64,000 nucleotides of DNA from Octopus sinensis (GCF_006345805.1 NC_042997.1:105462001-105526000); one strand, 5' to 3'; counted from the first letter of the stretch, positions 27,300 to 40,388 are shown. Notes: generated from the letters alone by a model not told the origin. Program-made: numbers and translations.

Positions 27300-27330
<31 letters not shown>

Positions 27331-27343
27331 GGGGAGAGTGTGA

Positions 27344-27384
<41 letters not shown>

Positions 27385-27402
27385 TGTGTGTGTGTGTGTA
27401 TG

Positions 27403-27460
<58 letters not shown>

Positions 27461-27684
27461 TAAAAAACTTTATACATATAAATATATGTGTAAATATATA
27501 TGCATAAACACACACACATACACACCACACACACACACACATATGGAGAGAGAAATTTTACTCAACTTTTTAAAATTCAACCATATTGTCGTCAGCAAAA
27601 CCGACAGGTAGAAGGTAGCATATGCAAACCTGTGTGTCCGTGTATATATGTGCGTATGCATATGTTTATATGTACGTATTTGTT

Positions 27685-27765
<81 letters not shown>

Positions 27766-28617
27766 TGCGTACATATATATATATATATGCGTACATATAT
27801 ATGTATATACATATCGATATAGTGTATATGAAAGCATAGCGTATGACTGTGTATCATATGGGGGGGGGTAGACAGAGTGAGCAAGAAAGAAATATTTTGA
27901 AAGTGAATGAGAGAGATTGAGAAAGAGAGAGTGAGAGAGAGAGAGAGAGATGTTGATAGATAAAATGTTTGTTGATCAAAATAAAATAAAAACCTCGAGA
28001 TGATAATATTGATACAGCCACCCGTACACAATTTTTTTCGTTGATTTTTAGAAATGCTGTTTATAAAAAAAATTCAAATGTCGGTCAATCGTTTTTGCCT
28101 GGGTGAGAACACTCTAGTGATTATATACATGTCTGTCTTTTCTATGACAAAAATCAGTAACAGTTGAGATTTTATATTTTCATTACAGCAAACATCATAG
28201 GTTTATTGCTTTTACTCTCTTTGTGTGTGCTTTTCTGCGTGTGTTTTGTGTGTGCATGTCTGTGTGAGAGTGCGTATATGAGTGTTTATATGAACGGATA
28301 TGTGGTTATATGCATGCATGAGTTTATATATGCGTAAGTTCGTGTTTGAGCAGTGTAAATTAAAGTGACAAGGTGTGCACAAGTTTATACATAAACATAT
28401 ATGATTACCGTCACCATGTGTGTGTGTGTATGTATGAATATATAAAATGTACACACACACTGTCATAGACAGATATATATATATCTACACACATATACAC
28501 ACGCATATGATATATATACTATATATATGCACATGTGTCTGTATCCTTAATATAAAACAATAAAGATTGAAAATCCGCTTAATTTTTGTACACGTACATT
28601 CATAAATACACACACGG

Positions 28618-28664
<47 letters not shown>

Positions 28665-29201
28665 TAGACGCGTTTGAATGAAATAAGTTTTGTTTTTTAA
28701 CGTAGGAGTTAAATAATTTTATCATATTTATATATATGAAAGTAAAAGTACAAAAATATTTCTACATAAGTTTTCATATAACAGTTTTAATGTAAAATAC
28801 TAGTGGTATGCTTGCGCAAGATGAGTTTTCAACGAACAGCACAGCACACGCCCGAGAGAGAGAGAGAGAGAGAGAGAGGTAGGGTGAGAGAGGGGGACAG
28901 ACAGATAGACAGACGACAGTCGGACAGACAAACAGAGAGAGAGAGACAGACAAAGGAAGAGGAATCACATACTGAAAATTTCACGAATTAAAAATTAGTG
29001 GACTAAATTAAAATTAGTGGTCTAAATATTAATGAAACTGGTAGCCTAAAGGTCTGATGCAGTAGAACAAGAGTTATATTTTACTAATGAAGATCATATT
29101 GTAATGACCGGGACCGATTCTGGCTGTCATTCTTCTTATCAAAATATTCGAAGCGTATGTGTACGATGCATATGAATACCATACACACAAACACACCTAC
29201 A

Positions 29202-29245
<44 letters not shown>

Positions 29246-29265
29246 TACACACACATATATATGTA

Positions 29266-30406
29266 CGAGAGAAAGTCAAAGGGTATCCCCACTGTCGCCA
29301 TAACATATCTTTATTATTGTCACACTGCCTTCTGTGCATGCGTGCGTATAGTTGGTACTATTGTGGGGTCACATGATCAACGTTTGAGCCTGATCTCGGC
29401 ATTTTTTCTAGCCTTACAGTGTAAGCATGGCCACTCCAATAGCAATGTGCACCAAAGGAGAACAAACAGAAGTGATCCGATTCCTCTGGTCGGAAGGTGT
29501 GTCACGTGCTGAAATTCATCGGAGGCTTTTAGTACAATACGGAGACGCCCGCCGACTTCCATCATTGGCGAGAAGATTCAGTAGGTTCGAAAGATGGTTA
29601 TGGCGAACCGGCGAGTTATCATCGATGTGGCAGCTTGTTCTCTGCAGATTAGTCATGGTACTGCTTATCAAATCATCCACGATGAACTCAGCTTCCATAA
29701 AGTTTGTGCAAGATAGCTGCCTAGAGACCTTACTGCAGAGCACAAGAGCAAATGTCTTGAGATATGCCGAGGTTTACTCGATTGTTACAAAAATGAGGGA
29801 AAGGAACTTTTGAGCAGAATAGTCACAGGAGATGAAACGCGGGTCCATCATTATGGGTCAGAATCCAAAAGTCAGAGTATGGAGTGGAAACTTTTTGACT
29901 AGACAGCGACGAAGACATTCAAGACTCAGTCTTGTGCGGGAAAGGTGCTGATAACCCTCTTTTTGGGACTCAAAAGGCCTATGCTGGAAGACTGCCTGAA
30001 AAAGGGGTGTACAGCCCAACAGTGTAAGATACAGTGCTTTGCTGGCCAACAAACTGAAGCCAGCAATTCGCGCCAAACCCCGAAGCCTATTGTCGAAGAA
30101 AGTTTTGTTGATGCATGACAATGCACGCCCACACACGGCCACCCAGACCGTCGAAACCATTAACCAATTGGGATTTGATGGGCTGGAATCCCTTACCTAC
30201 AGTTCAGATCTCACCCCTTCCGACTACCATATGTCTAAACTGTTCAAAGATGGTTTACGAAGTTGACGATTTGCTACGGATGAAAATGTGAAGGAAGCGG
30301 TGTATAAATGGTTGCATGACTAACCGAAAACATTCTTAGGGGGAATACGCAAGCTTGTGGACCGCTGGATCAAGTGCATCGAAAAGAAAAGAGATTATAT
30401 AGAAAA
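29266..30406 (+). mobile_element. Mariner transposon remnant (D,D34D)
   Basis: TA + left end 'cgagagaaagtcaaa'; 'EQTEVIRFLWSEGVSRAEIHRRL..QYGD', '(W>*)LPRDL', 'GDETRVH', 'HDNARPH', 'YSSDLTPSDYH' with 34 residues between D2 and D3; stops, an internal deletion, no right TIR seen. Confidence 0.92.
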
Positions 30407-30600
30407 TTCTTAGGCTCGTCGGTAGGCCTCTCAAGATCTCTACCCTGTTCCATTGACTCTATAGCAGTGCCGAGAGTTGCGTGCGAGCGAACTGGGTTAG
30501 ACAGGGCTGCGTGGCTACCACCGACCGTTTCAACCATATTAATGATACAAACAGTCATACTAATTATTGTTATTATTATTATTATTATTATTTTTATTTT

Positions 30601-30657
<57 letters not shown>

Positions 30658-32073
30658 CAACAGCAGCAGCAGCAACAGCAATTGGTTTCATCGAAAATGC
30701 TAAATTAAAAACATTTTTATTGTATGTTTTTGTGCCCTTACCTGAGATCAGCCTAGATTGAGAAACTCCTATAATTAAAGTGACATCAATTGTAAGCATA
30801 TGTTCCCCATTTTTCGGGCAAAGTGTACCACGCATAACATAATGCAATGTGTTCCTCCATTTTTAAGACTTTTAATTTCATTTAAATGATATTTAGTTGT
30901 TAGAATTTTGGGCAACCATATACGGTCTCTTAATTGGCTTCGGTTCTCTAATGTCTCTTTTAAAAGTAAACGGCAAACCTTGCCTTTGTATTTTGTTTCT
31001 TGAAAATATAACACGAACACAGCAGCATCAACAGAACTCCTTTTCTCTCTCTGTCTCTCTCTCTCCTTCTCTCTCTGTCTCTCTCTCTCCTTCTCCTCCT
31101 CCTCTCTTTCTTTGAGACAGTAACAACATTAATAGCAACAACTTCAGCAAAACCTGCAGCAACCACGACTACAGTACAACATTGATTTGTTTTGTTTTGT
31201 AAATTGTGCTTTGGAAATTAGCCATTTTCTGGCACAATCGCCTTCACTGAATTGATACAAATTTCCTGGACCAACAGCACGTGTCTTTCGAACCATTTAA
31301 AGCTTTAAATACTTCATTCATTTACTTGGTTTTCAATACATTTCTTTTTCTATTCTTTCTTCCTTTCATTTATATTTTTCTACCTTCTTATTCACCGCCC
31401 CACAAATCCTTCCACTCTCACAAGCATTCACTGTCTTTTTATATTCTGTCTCAGCCATCAGCCATATATACTGCCTCCCTCTGTCTACGTCTCCATCTAT
31501 TTACCTGTCCCTCTTCCTTCCTTCCTTCCTTTTTTCCTTCCTTTCTACCCGTATAATGACCGATCGTCTATCAATGTTGATATCGGGAAATTTTCAGGAC
31601 AGGCAACCTTCTGATAAATTGAGACCATAAAATCTAACCAGAATTGTTGTGTGCATGTGAATACAGGAAGTGTACTTATACATAACGCGCATAAGTCTCA
31701 GTATGTGGACGACAGTGGGTCGATCAGAACAAAGACAAAATAAGTTTTAAAAGAAAACAGTTGCTTTCCATACATCGACTTGTGTCTAACGATGTTCTCT
31801 TCGTCGTTGCTCATGCAATATCTGTTTCTGCTGATGATGAAGGGATTAGATGGAAAGACAAGGAGTTTAATGGGAAGGGAATTGAAGTCTTCTATGTTAT
31901 TTTGTTTCTTCAGTAGTGATTAGTTATAATTCCTACTTCACCAAGGGTGACGATTTCGTTACACGCGTAATCCGACATGGAGCTTGATTTATTTTTTGTA
32001 ATTTTTACATACATTAATAACTACATAGATTCAGACTTAGCAACTTATATATTCATACATACACTTGTATATT

Positions 32074-32173
<100 letters not shown>

Positions 32174-32421
32174 ATATGTATGTATATATATAGATATATA
32201 CATATATTATTACATGTACATGAATATATATGTGTGTATGTATGTGCATATTCGTATACATATACATACTTCTGTACACATAGAAAATATATACATCTAT
32301 GTCTGTACACATACAGACAAACTCACAGCTATCTATTTATCTCTCTCCCTCTCTACACACAAACACACACACATACACATATATGCATGTATAGATATAT
32401 GATATATATGTACGCAATTAC

Positions 32422-32458
<37 letters not shown>

Positions 32459-33026
32459 ATATTATATATACATATGTATATTTATATAAATTTGTATATA
32501 TATATAAATTTGTATATATATATATACGCTCAGACACATATGTATATAGAAGTGTGTTTACGTAAGTATGCATATTCTAAAAGGAAAAGAGTTTTAAAAA
32601 AAAAGTGTATTTTGCATTAAACAGGTGCAGTGGATTGAATAACTAACGGCAGTCACAGGTAAATGTGGCAAGAACTGGGAGAGGCGTGCAAAGACACAGG
32701 AACAAAGAGACGGGTTATAAGAATACCAGTTAGCAGACTGACTAGAATCTGTCGCAGCACCAGCCTGTCATTTTCTACACAGGGGAGTACCAGCACACGG
32801 CTTGCCAGCTATAAATCCCGGCTGAACAATGCAGACACATTTTGCAATCGATAAATATAAGGGTCAAACTGCATAAACACATGTAAAATGAAATAATAAA
32901 TGATAGAGATGTGGGGAGGAAATATGATGGGCGTTTAGCATGGGTCATGTATATGGTTTTATATTATGTTTGGGTAGACACAAGACAAAAACAAACTCAC
33001 ATTGACACATATATATACATACATAC

Positions 33027-33106
<80 letters not shown>

Positions 33107-33247
33107 TGATAGATAGATAGATACATGACGTATATATGTTTCTACGTGCTTGTATATCTGCACACACTGATATCTGTGTGTATATGTTGTATATCTGTAT
33201 AGATATTATCAAACACACACACACATACATATATAGAGATATATATG

Positions 33248-33290
<43 letters not shown>

Positions 33291-33294
<4 letters not shown>

Positions 33295-34351
33295 CTGTTT
33301 CATCCTTTGGCATAAAAATATAGAAAAACTCATAGAATTCCAGAAAATTTTAAACGGACTGGACGTAAACATCCAATTCACGATGGAATATAGCCAACAA
33401 CAACTCCCCTTCCTCGATATCCTCATTAAGAAGCTAATAATATAATAGAAACAGACATATACTATAAGCCTACAGACTCTAAGCAATATCTTCCATTCAA
33501 TTCATGCCACCCCAGACACACCAGGATGAATATCCCCTTCAATCTAGCAAAAAGGATATGCACTATAGTCTCTAACGCAAACACCAGAGACACACGACTA
33601 CAAGAACTAAAAGATACCCTAATCACCAGGAACTATCCACCTTCACTTATTGACAAATGCATTCAACGTGCCCTTCAACTTAACATCAAGGAACTGAGAC
33701 ATCCCAAATCAAAGAAAAACTTACAACCAAAAGCCTTACCATACATCTCCACACACAACCCTCTCAATAACGAAGCCTTCGACACCATCCTCCACAACAT
33801 ACCCCTCCTAAAAAAAGACCACAGAATGAACACAATCCTCCAAACACACACGATCATAAAAAGCAAAAGACAGCCTAGATCCATGAAAAGTCTCCTTACA
33901 CAAGCCCGAATTCACTCTTCAACACAGAAGCCGACAGTAAAAAATGTGGAAGACCCAATTGCGGGATATGCGACTATCTAATCGAGGGTTCTGAGTTCTC
34001 CTTCAAACAGGGACAACGTTTTACAGTGAAAAGCAACTTCACATGTGCTTCGGAGAACCTAATATACTCACTAACCTGCTCCGGTGTCAAGAGCAGTACA
34101 TAGGCCAAACAAAAAATGGTTTGCGTAAACGAATGGCCCTGCACAGATCCCAGATAAAAATTCCCCAAAACAGAAAAATAGCTTTTAGCCAACACATAGA
34201 TACTTGCGCCAACAAAAAAACACCAAACTTCAGAATTTTCCCCCTCTACCAATTTAGGGACGATACAACCTCGAGACAACGAATAAGTAAAGAAAATCTC
34301 TTTATTACAAAATACAAGCCACTTCTTAACGGGTCTACGACAAACAATTAA
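33291..34351 (+). pseudogene. 5'-truncated Penelope-like ORF: RT C-terminal half, thumb, Zn linker, GIY-YIG
   Basis: 'DCFILW', 'LPFLDILI', 'TDIYYKPTDSKQYL.FNSCHP', 'YISTHNP', 'C(G)RPNCGICDY', 'NLIYSLTC..CQEQYIGQT..LRKRM.LHRSQI'; only a few frameshifts. Confidence 0.93.
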
Positions 34352-35150
34352 TATACCTCAACCTTAGAATAAAAGAAAAAAAAATATATATACACACACA
34401 AATACTACACTCAATAGAATCCATTACTAATCAGCCCCTTCATAGCTATATTTACATTCATATTCTCCCTTCTCTGTTTTTTCTTCTTCTTCTTCTTCCT
34501 CTTCTTCTTCATCATCATCGTTATCATCATCATCGGCATCATCATCATCGCCACCATCATCACCACCATCTTCTCCTTCTCCTCCTTCTTCTTCTTCTTC
34601 TTCTTCATCATCATCGTTATCATCATCATCGTCGTCATAATCATCCCACACCATCACCATCATCGTCATCTTCTCCTTCTCCTTCTCCTTCTTCTTCTTC
34701 TTCTTCTTCTTCTTCTTCTCCACCCCCTACCCCTTAAGTGTTCGTCACTAATGTTTTTTAGTATAACACCTACGCTAATTCTATAAAGAAGCCTGTCATA
34801 TAAATATTCTCCTGAATTGAACTGAGACTGCCAGCCGCCACTGACCATTCAAAATACGACCATCAGGCACTCCCAGATTCTCCCACCCCCTTTCCTCACC
34901 AGCCTTCTCTCTAACTACCCTACCAAGAGCTCACAACTACCTCGAACACACAATGCAAACAGGGAGTCAGAGAAAGGCAGAATGCCACTTAAATCTGAAC
35001 ACTACTATAGAAATATTCTTTTAAAAAAACTTTTCTTCTAATTTTTCTAATTTAATTATTTAATCGTTACAGTTGAAAAGGTCTCAAAATGACCGAAACC
35101 GGTACTGAAATGTTCACTATAAAATTATTTTAGCATTTTCTATTTTTTAC
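34352..35150 (+). mobile_element. 3' UTR/pLTR of the 33.3-kb Penelope element with embedded (TTC)/(ATC) tracts
   Basis: Contiguous with the ORF, ends at (TA)n and contains a hammerhead-like motif near its end. Confidence 0.55.
35070..35107 (+). ncRNA. Minimal type I hammerhead with two core substitutions
   Basis: cag-UUGAAAA-gguc ucaaaau gacc-GAAA-ccgg-UA-cug: stems I/II and palindromic stem III (accggu) intact; core is UUGAAAA instead of CUGANGA. Confidence 0.6.
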
Positions 35151-35156
35151 TTGTTT

Positions 35157-35210
<54 letters not shown>

Positions 35211-35220
35211 ACATATATGT

Positions 35221-35255
<35 letters not shown>

Positions 35256-35744
35256 TAATATATATATGCATCTATGTATATATACATACATAGACCGAGA
35301 CACATTTACGCTTAACTCTCATGTATATGTAAATAAATGCAAATATACATATATAACTGCGCGCGCGTGTGTGTATGTGAAATACTATATACATATCTAA
35401 CTAGCATGTACTTTTTACAAACAATTAGAAACCACTTTAAATAGTCAAACAACACTGATTTTCCCACGTAACCTTATTAGCATATAATATAAATATAGAT
35501 ATATATATATAGGAGTAGCAGTGTGGTAAGTAGCTTGCTGGCCAAGCACATAATATTTACTTTCCTGAAATTTTAGGAAAATACAAATAAGAAGTAAGTG
35601 GAAATTTTTCCGGTGAGTGTATTAAATTATAATGCACAAAAAGAAAATTACACTCACCAGACACAACAGAATATGCTTCAACACACGAACTCATATAAAG
35701 AATCTTGCAAACCAAATCCAAAAAGGAAATATATATATGCATAT

Positions 35745-35795
35745 ATAATAATGATAATAATAATAATGATAATAATAATAACAACAATAATAATG

Positions 35796-35867
<72 letters not shown>

Positions 35868-35917
35868 TTAATAATAATAATAATAATGACAATAATAATA
35901 ATAATAATGATAATAAT
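35745..35917. repeat. (TAA)n microsatellite, imperfect
   Basis: Direct reading. Confidence 0.95.
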
Positions 35918-35987
35918 ATGGGGTAAAATTATGAATAATTTCACCAAGTAGTAAGTACGTGAAAAACCTTTTAGGTAAATTATACAA

Positions 35988-36242
35988 AATATTCTATAAT
36001 TATATACATAATTATAATAAGGGGTCACTAAGTGCCTCGCCACGTACTGAATTAGAAATAGACGCCAATGTCTTTTCAACCACCATAAAATCTCCGCGAC
36101 AGTAACGCGCTAACTAAAGTGTTTTATTGTCTCGGAGATTTGATGGTAGTTGAAAAGACAATGGCTTCTATTTCTAATTCAGTACGTGGTAAGTCACTTA
36201 GCTGAGCCCTTATTATGATTATGTATATAATTACAGAATATT
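35988..36242. repeat. Foldback with ~114-bp imperfect arms and a 26-bp spacer
   Basis: 35988-36101 pairs with 36128-36242 (for example ccacgtactgaattagaaatag / ctatttctaattcagtacgtgg). Confidence 0.85.
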
Positions 36243-36249
36243 TTAATTG

Positions 36250-36627
36250 TTTCACTCATTTGACTTTGGCCATATTAGAGCACCGCATTTAGTCGAACAA
36301 ATCGACCCCAGAACTTATTCTTTCTAAGCCTAGTACTTATTTTATCGATTACTTTTGCCGAACCGTTAAGTTACGGCGACATAAACACACCAACATCGGA
36401 CATCGGTTGTCAAACGATGGTGGGGAGACCATCACAGACACGTGTGTATATATATATACATATATACGACGGGTTTCTTTCAGTTTCCGGCTACCAAATC
36501 CACTCACAAGGCTTTTGTAGGCACGAGGCTATAGTAGAAGATACTTATCCAAAGTGCAACGCAGTAGAACTGAACCTGTAATCATATGATTGGGAAACAC
36601 GATCTTACCACACAGCCACGCCTGCAC
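36250..36627 (-). mobile_element. Full-length OR2-like SINE
   Basis: Complement of the head ('cttaccacacagccacgcctgcacc'), core and tail. Confidence 0.88.
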
Positions 36628-36723
36628 CTATATATGTATCTATGTGCTTGTATATATGTCTGTAAACATTGATCTCTGTATGTGTTGTATGTTTATTTAT
36701 ATGTGTGTGTTTGTGTGTATCTC

Positions 36724-36781
<58 letters not shown>

Positions 36782-37604
36782 TGCGTGTGCGTGTATCTAT
36801 CTGTGAATATGTATGTATATTTGTATTTCTGTTTTAATTTTCGCTGCTCATGCATGTGTATATATGTGTGTCAGTTTCTGCATAAATATATTCTGTGTGT
36901 GCGTGTGCTTATGAGAAAGAGAGCACTCTGGCGTGTGTCAGTCCGTTCCTTTATCTGTTTGTGCCTGTCTATCTATTTATCTATCTATCGAGCTGTCTAT
37001 CTAAATATATATCAGTGTGTGTGTGTGTTTGTATGTTTGTTTGTTAGTTTGTTTGTCTGTATGTATGTAACTGTAAATATTAGTTTGAGCGTATGTGTGT
37101 AATGTGCGTGTATGTGCATGTGTATGAAGCAGATTCTGGCATAAAGAAAGCTAATTGTCTGCAAAACAATAAAAAAGAGTAAAATAAATAACTTAAACAA
37201 AACGTACGCCACAATCTATCACGTGATCCGTGGCTTTACAGACATGGGTGGTAGAATCCCTGATGTTGCTGGTGACAAGGTGTGCACCGTTGCACTACGT
37301 TCAGAAATAGCGTCTAAGACGATAGTTCTTTGTCGCAACATTGGCCACTAAATGCCGGTGACACACGGCGGCACGTGCTGACGAGATATCGGCGGAAGTA
37401 CCGCTGTCAGACCTCTGTCTTTTCCACTGACTTTATATCGCATTAGCATTCACTTCCTTTGACCGCCGCTGTCCGACTAAGCAATTACTGAGTTAAGTAG
37501 GAGGCTAGATTGTCAATAGGGGCTACAACAATTATATAAAGGTTTCGCACGGATATACACACACATAATCATATCAAGTGTTTTAAGAGCAATATCTATA
37601 TATA

Positions 37605-38435
37605 CAGGGTGCGGTGAATAAATCGTCGTCAAAATTACGCAAAAGTGAAAATAACACTGAGATCTTATTTTAACAGATATATTTACCAAAATTACATGAA
37701 AATATCTTGAAATATTAAACAGTGGTTGAAGCCAATGATGATTTAATTGCATAAATAAAAACGCCATTGGCTTCAACCACGGCCTCCAGATGATTTCGGA
37801 ATCTTCCTACAATTCTTCTGGACGGTCTCTTTGTTTAAGCTGGTGAATGCTGCCATAATTTTTGCCTTCACCTCATCTTTGGTGTCACAAGGAGTTTTGT
37901 AGATCTCTCGCTCAACTGCACCCCAGGCTTAATAATCAAGGAGTTTGCTGCCTGGGGAGTTAGATAGCCAGATGTTAGAACTGATGTGGTCGCAGAAATT
38001 GTCTGACAGCCAAGACTAGGTTCTCCTGCTCGTGTGGCATGATTCAGAGTTCAGTTGCCAGACATAGTGTCTTCCAGATCCCGCCGTCTCCTCCCAGGGC
38101 AGCACTACCTCCACCAAGTACTTGAATGTAGCCCCCCCCCCTGATGAATGGAGGCATAACATCGTCATCACTAGTGATCACTCCAAACACCATGATGTTT
38201 ACTGGATGTCTGATTTTTATTACACTCTCTACATATTTTGGGGACACGGGTAGCTAACAGTTATTCTGTGTGTTCACTATTTAATCCAGGCAGAAATTTT
38301 TCTCGTCTGAGAAAAACCAAAGCATATTCAGTTGTAGGGGATGCTTGAGTTTGTTCAAACGCTTCGTAGCGCGATCTTTCCTCTCGTCCTTGGATAAAAA
38401 TTAGACCTTTCTCAACTGCAACTTAAATACGGGAT
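37605..38435 (-). mobile_element. maT/DD37D Tc1-mariner 3' half
   Basis: TA + end 'cagggtgcggtgaataaatcgtc'; minus strand 'FFSDEKNF', 'MVFGVITSD', 'YVWQL(D>N)SESCHT', 'WLSNSPGSKLLDY*AWG' with 37 residues between the D2 position and D3. Confidence 0.85.
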
Positions 38436-38570
38436 TACGCCAACCTTACATGAAACCCAACTTTAACTTAAGATATATAAATTATCAAAGTAATCATCCA
38501 CAATCTATAAAAGAAGCTCTTATAAAAAGCGTTAGTAAAAGAATTTCTTATCTCTCTTCTAATGAGGACC
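38436..38570 (+). pseudogene. Penelope-like thumb-domain fragment
   Basis: 'QPYMKPNFNLRYINYQSNHPQSIKEALIKSVSKRISYLSSNE' matches the PLE pattern PY.KPN....YI...SNHP..I......I..RIS.LSS.E. Confidence 0.75.
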
Positions 38571-38571
38571 C

Positions 38572-39410
38572 TGTATTTGTAACCATACTAGTAATTAGCA
38601 AATGATTTAATTACAATCATTTAATTAGTTTGGAGTTTTGTACTTATGCCTTATCATAGGTCCACTAGGCTGAATGTTTTTAGGGGATGTTTAGACAATT
38701 ACAGTTTGTCTAGTAAAACCACCGTTTGGGACTTTGGTCGCTATTTCAGAGGATAGATTTAGTATTATGATTATATAAGTGAAGGTCAATGCCCTAGCCA
38801 TTACCTCCCCTTTACGGCAGTCGCACCTTAACCGTAGTACCTTCTTTCTTACGGTGCTTGTTTACATGTTTGGCTGATTTGTTTATAATGTCTTAAGCAG
38901 CCTTGGGCCACTTATAGCATATGCTACTTCTCCATACATTTACTTGTTATTTACTTCTTTATTTACATTTACCCCTATAATGGTCTTAATAGCTTGCCCT
39001 TTGGTTTTTAAATTTAACTGACCAATTATATTGATGGCTGGACTCTGGTCAATCATATGATGGACAATATGTGGTTGGTCTTTACAATATATCAGTAAGT
39101 ATATAAAATGATTAATTTATGGGCATGTTATTTAGATTAATATTAATTATTATTATTTAGGAATCTTATGTACTATTCCTTTTCTAGACCTATTGTCGTA
39201 TCCCGCTATACCAAAGTACTGATCTTACTTTTTTATTATTTATATACCCTGCTACTCCTAAAGAAAGATTAACCCACGAATTAATTTTCTAGTTCAGTCA
39301 TTACTCAACCACCGGAACTGTTACACTGCGAAATGTTATGATTCAAAGATACTAAGCCTCCATTCATCCTCTCGAGGCTCTTTTATCTTATTTTCTTCTA
39401 TGTATTTTTC
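38572..39410 (+). pseudogene. Possible old NUMT (nad4L followed by 5' nad4)
   Basis: T-rich strand; in the invertebrate mitochondrial code it reads 'LVISKWF...HLISLEF' (nad4L-like), a stop followed at once by GTG-AAG-GTC, >100 hydrophobic codons with several TGA=W, and later 'QPPELL' (cf. QPERL). Divergent, not proven. Confidence 0.4.
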
Positions 39411-39639
39411 TTCACCCTGATGCAGCTCCAAGTTCCCGATCGGATGTGCTATAGAATTTGACGAATATTATTCTCAGAATTTTCTTTGGCGGCGCTGTCG
39501 GACATTGGAAGCAGAAACGGCTGTTAGTTGGGATAAAGTTTTGTATTAAAAAATAATAATTGATGGTAGTCATTTTGTTGTTAATCAAGAATTTCTCCAT
39601 TTTCTGCTTAATTTAAATTTGATTCCTTATAAATTCTTG

Positions 39640-39930
39640 TTTATCAGACGGGCTTTTCGAGGTGCGCGCAGAGTGATGAAACTGTTCTGCACGCACGCGA
39701 CCAATATCCGGGCGTTGGTGACGTGTGGAGTTATGTCGAACAGCTGCTGTCACGCGTGGGATGGATCCGTCTATCGGCCGAGACTGTAGTGATAATTTCC
39801 CCACCGCCATCCTCCAATCATGCAGGCAAGGCAGTTTTCTTTTGCTTGATAGTTGTGGCGAAAATGTTGTTTGGTGGACAAGGTTGGAAAGCATGAGTAC
39901 GAATAGATTCCTCTTTGGGAGAGCTCTCAC
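39640..39930 (+). pseudogene. Tx1/L1 ORF2 C-terminal (Zn-finger) remnant
   Basis: 'SRCAQSDETVLHA...YP...VWSYVEQLLSR..IRLSAE...AK.[fs]VVWWTRL' fits the L1/Tx1 C-x2-C-x4-E-T-x2-H-x4-C region. Confidence 0.6.
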
Positions 39931-39938
39931 ATCTTCTT

Positions 39939-40012
<74 letters not shown>

Positions 40013-40015
<3 letters not shown>

Positions 40016-40290
40016 TTTTTTTTTCTTCTTTCAAATTTTCTCCCATTTCTTGCCGAGTGTCTTCCCGACTCCTAGGGCAAAGAAACTCATAGTGTATATT
40101 GGTAGGCCATTAAACCAAACTCAGTAGTTCATTCATTTTTTTTTTTTTTTTTTTTTTTTTAAAGTTAAATTAAAATACATGAGCAGCAACAGTTCTCACA
40201 TCGACAATGCTCTTCTCAATACGTGTGATGTACCAGTTAAGACAATCTTTTGCACTTCTTGCAGGGATGGTAAGCCAGGGATCATTCTCA
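40013..40290 (-). mobile_element. R4/Dong-type LINE, short 3' fragment (subfamily C)
   Basis: Minus strand 'IPGLPSLQEVQKIVLTGTSHVLRRALSM*' plus a 3' UTR with hairpin 'gagtc-gggaa-gacactc'; (TAA)n on both sides. Confidence 0.75.
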
Positions 40291-40301
40291 TTATTATTAT
40301 A

Positions 40302-40364
<63 letters not shown>

Positions 40365-40388
40365 TTTATTTTTATTATTTTTATTATT

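Noticed and set aside
40135-40160. T-run read as the poly(A) tail of LINE fragment C
   Set aside because: Dong-like UTR sequence with the hairpin continues beyond it to the (TAA)n at ~40012, so the run is internal.
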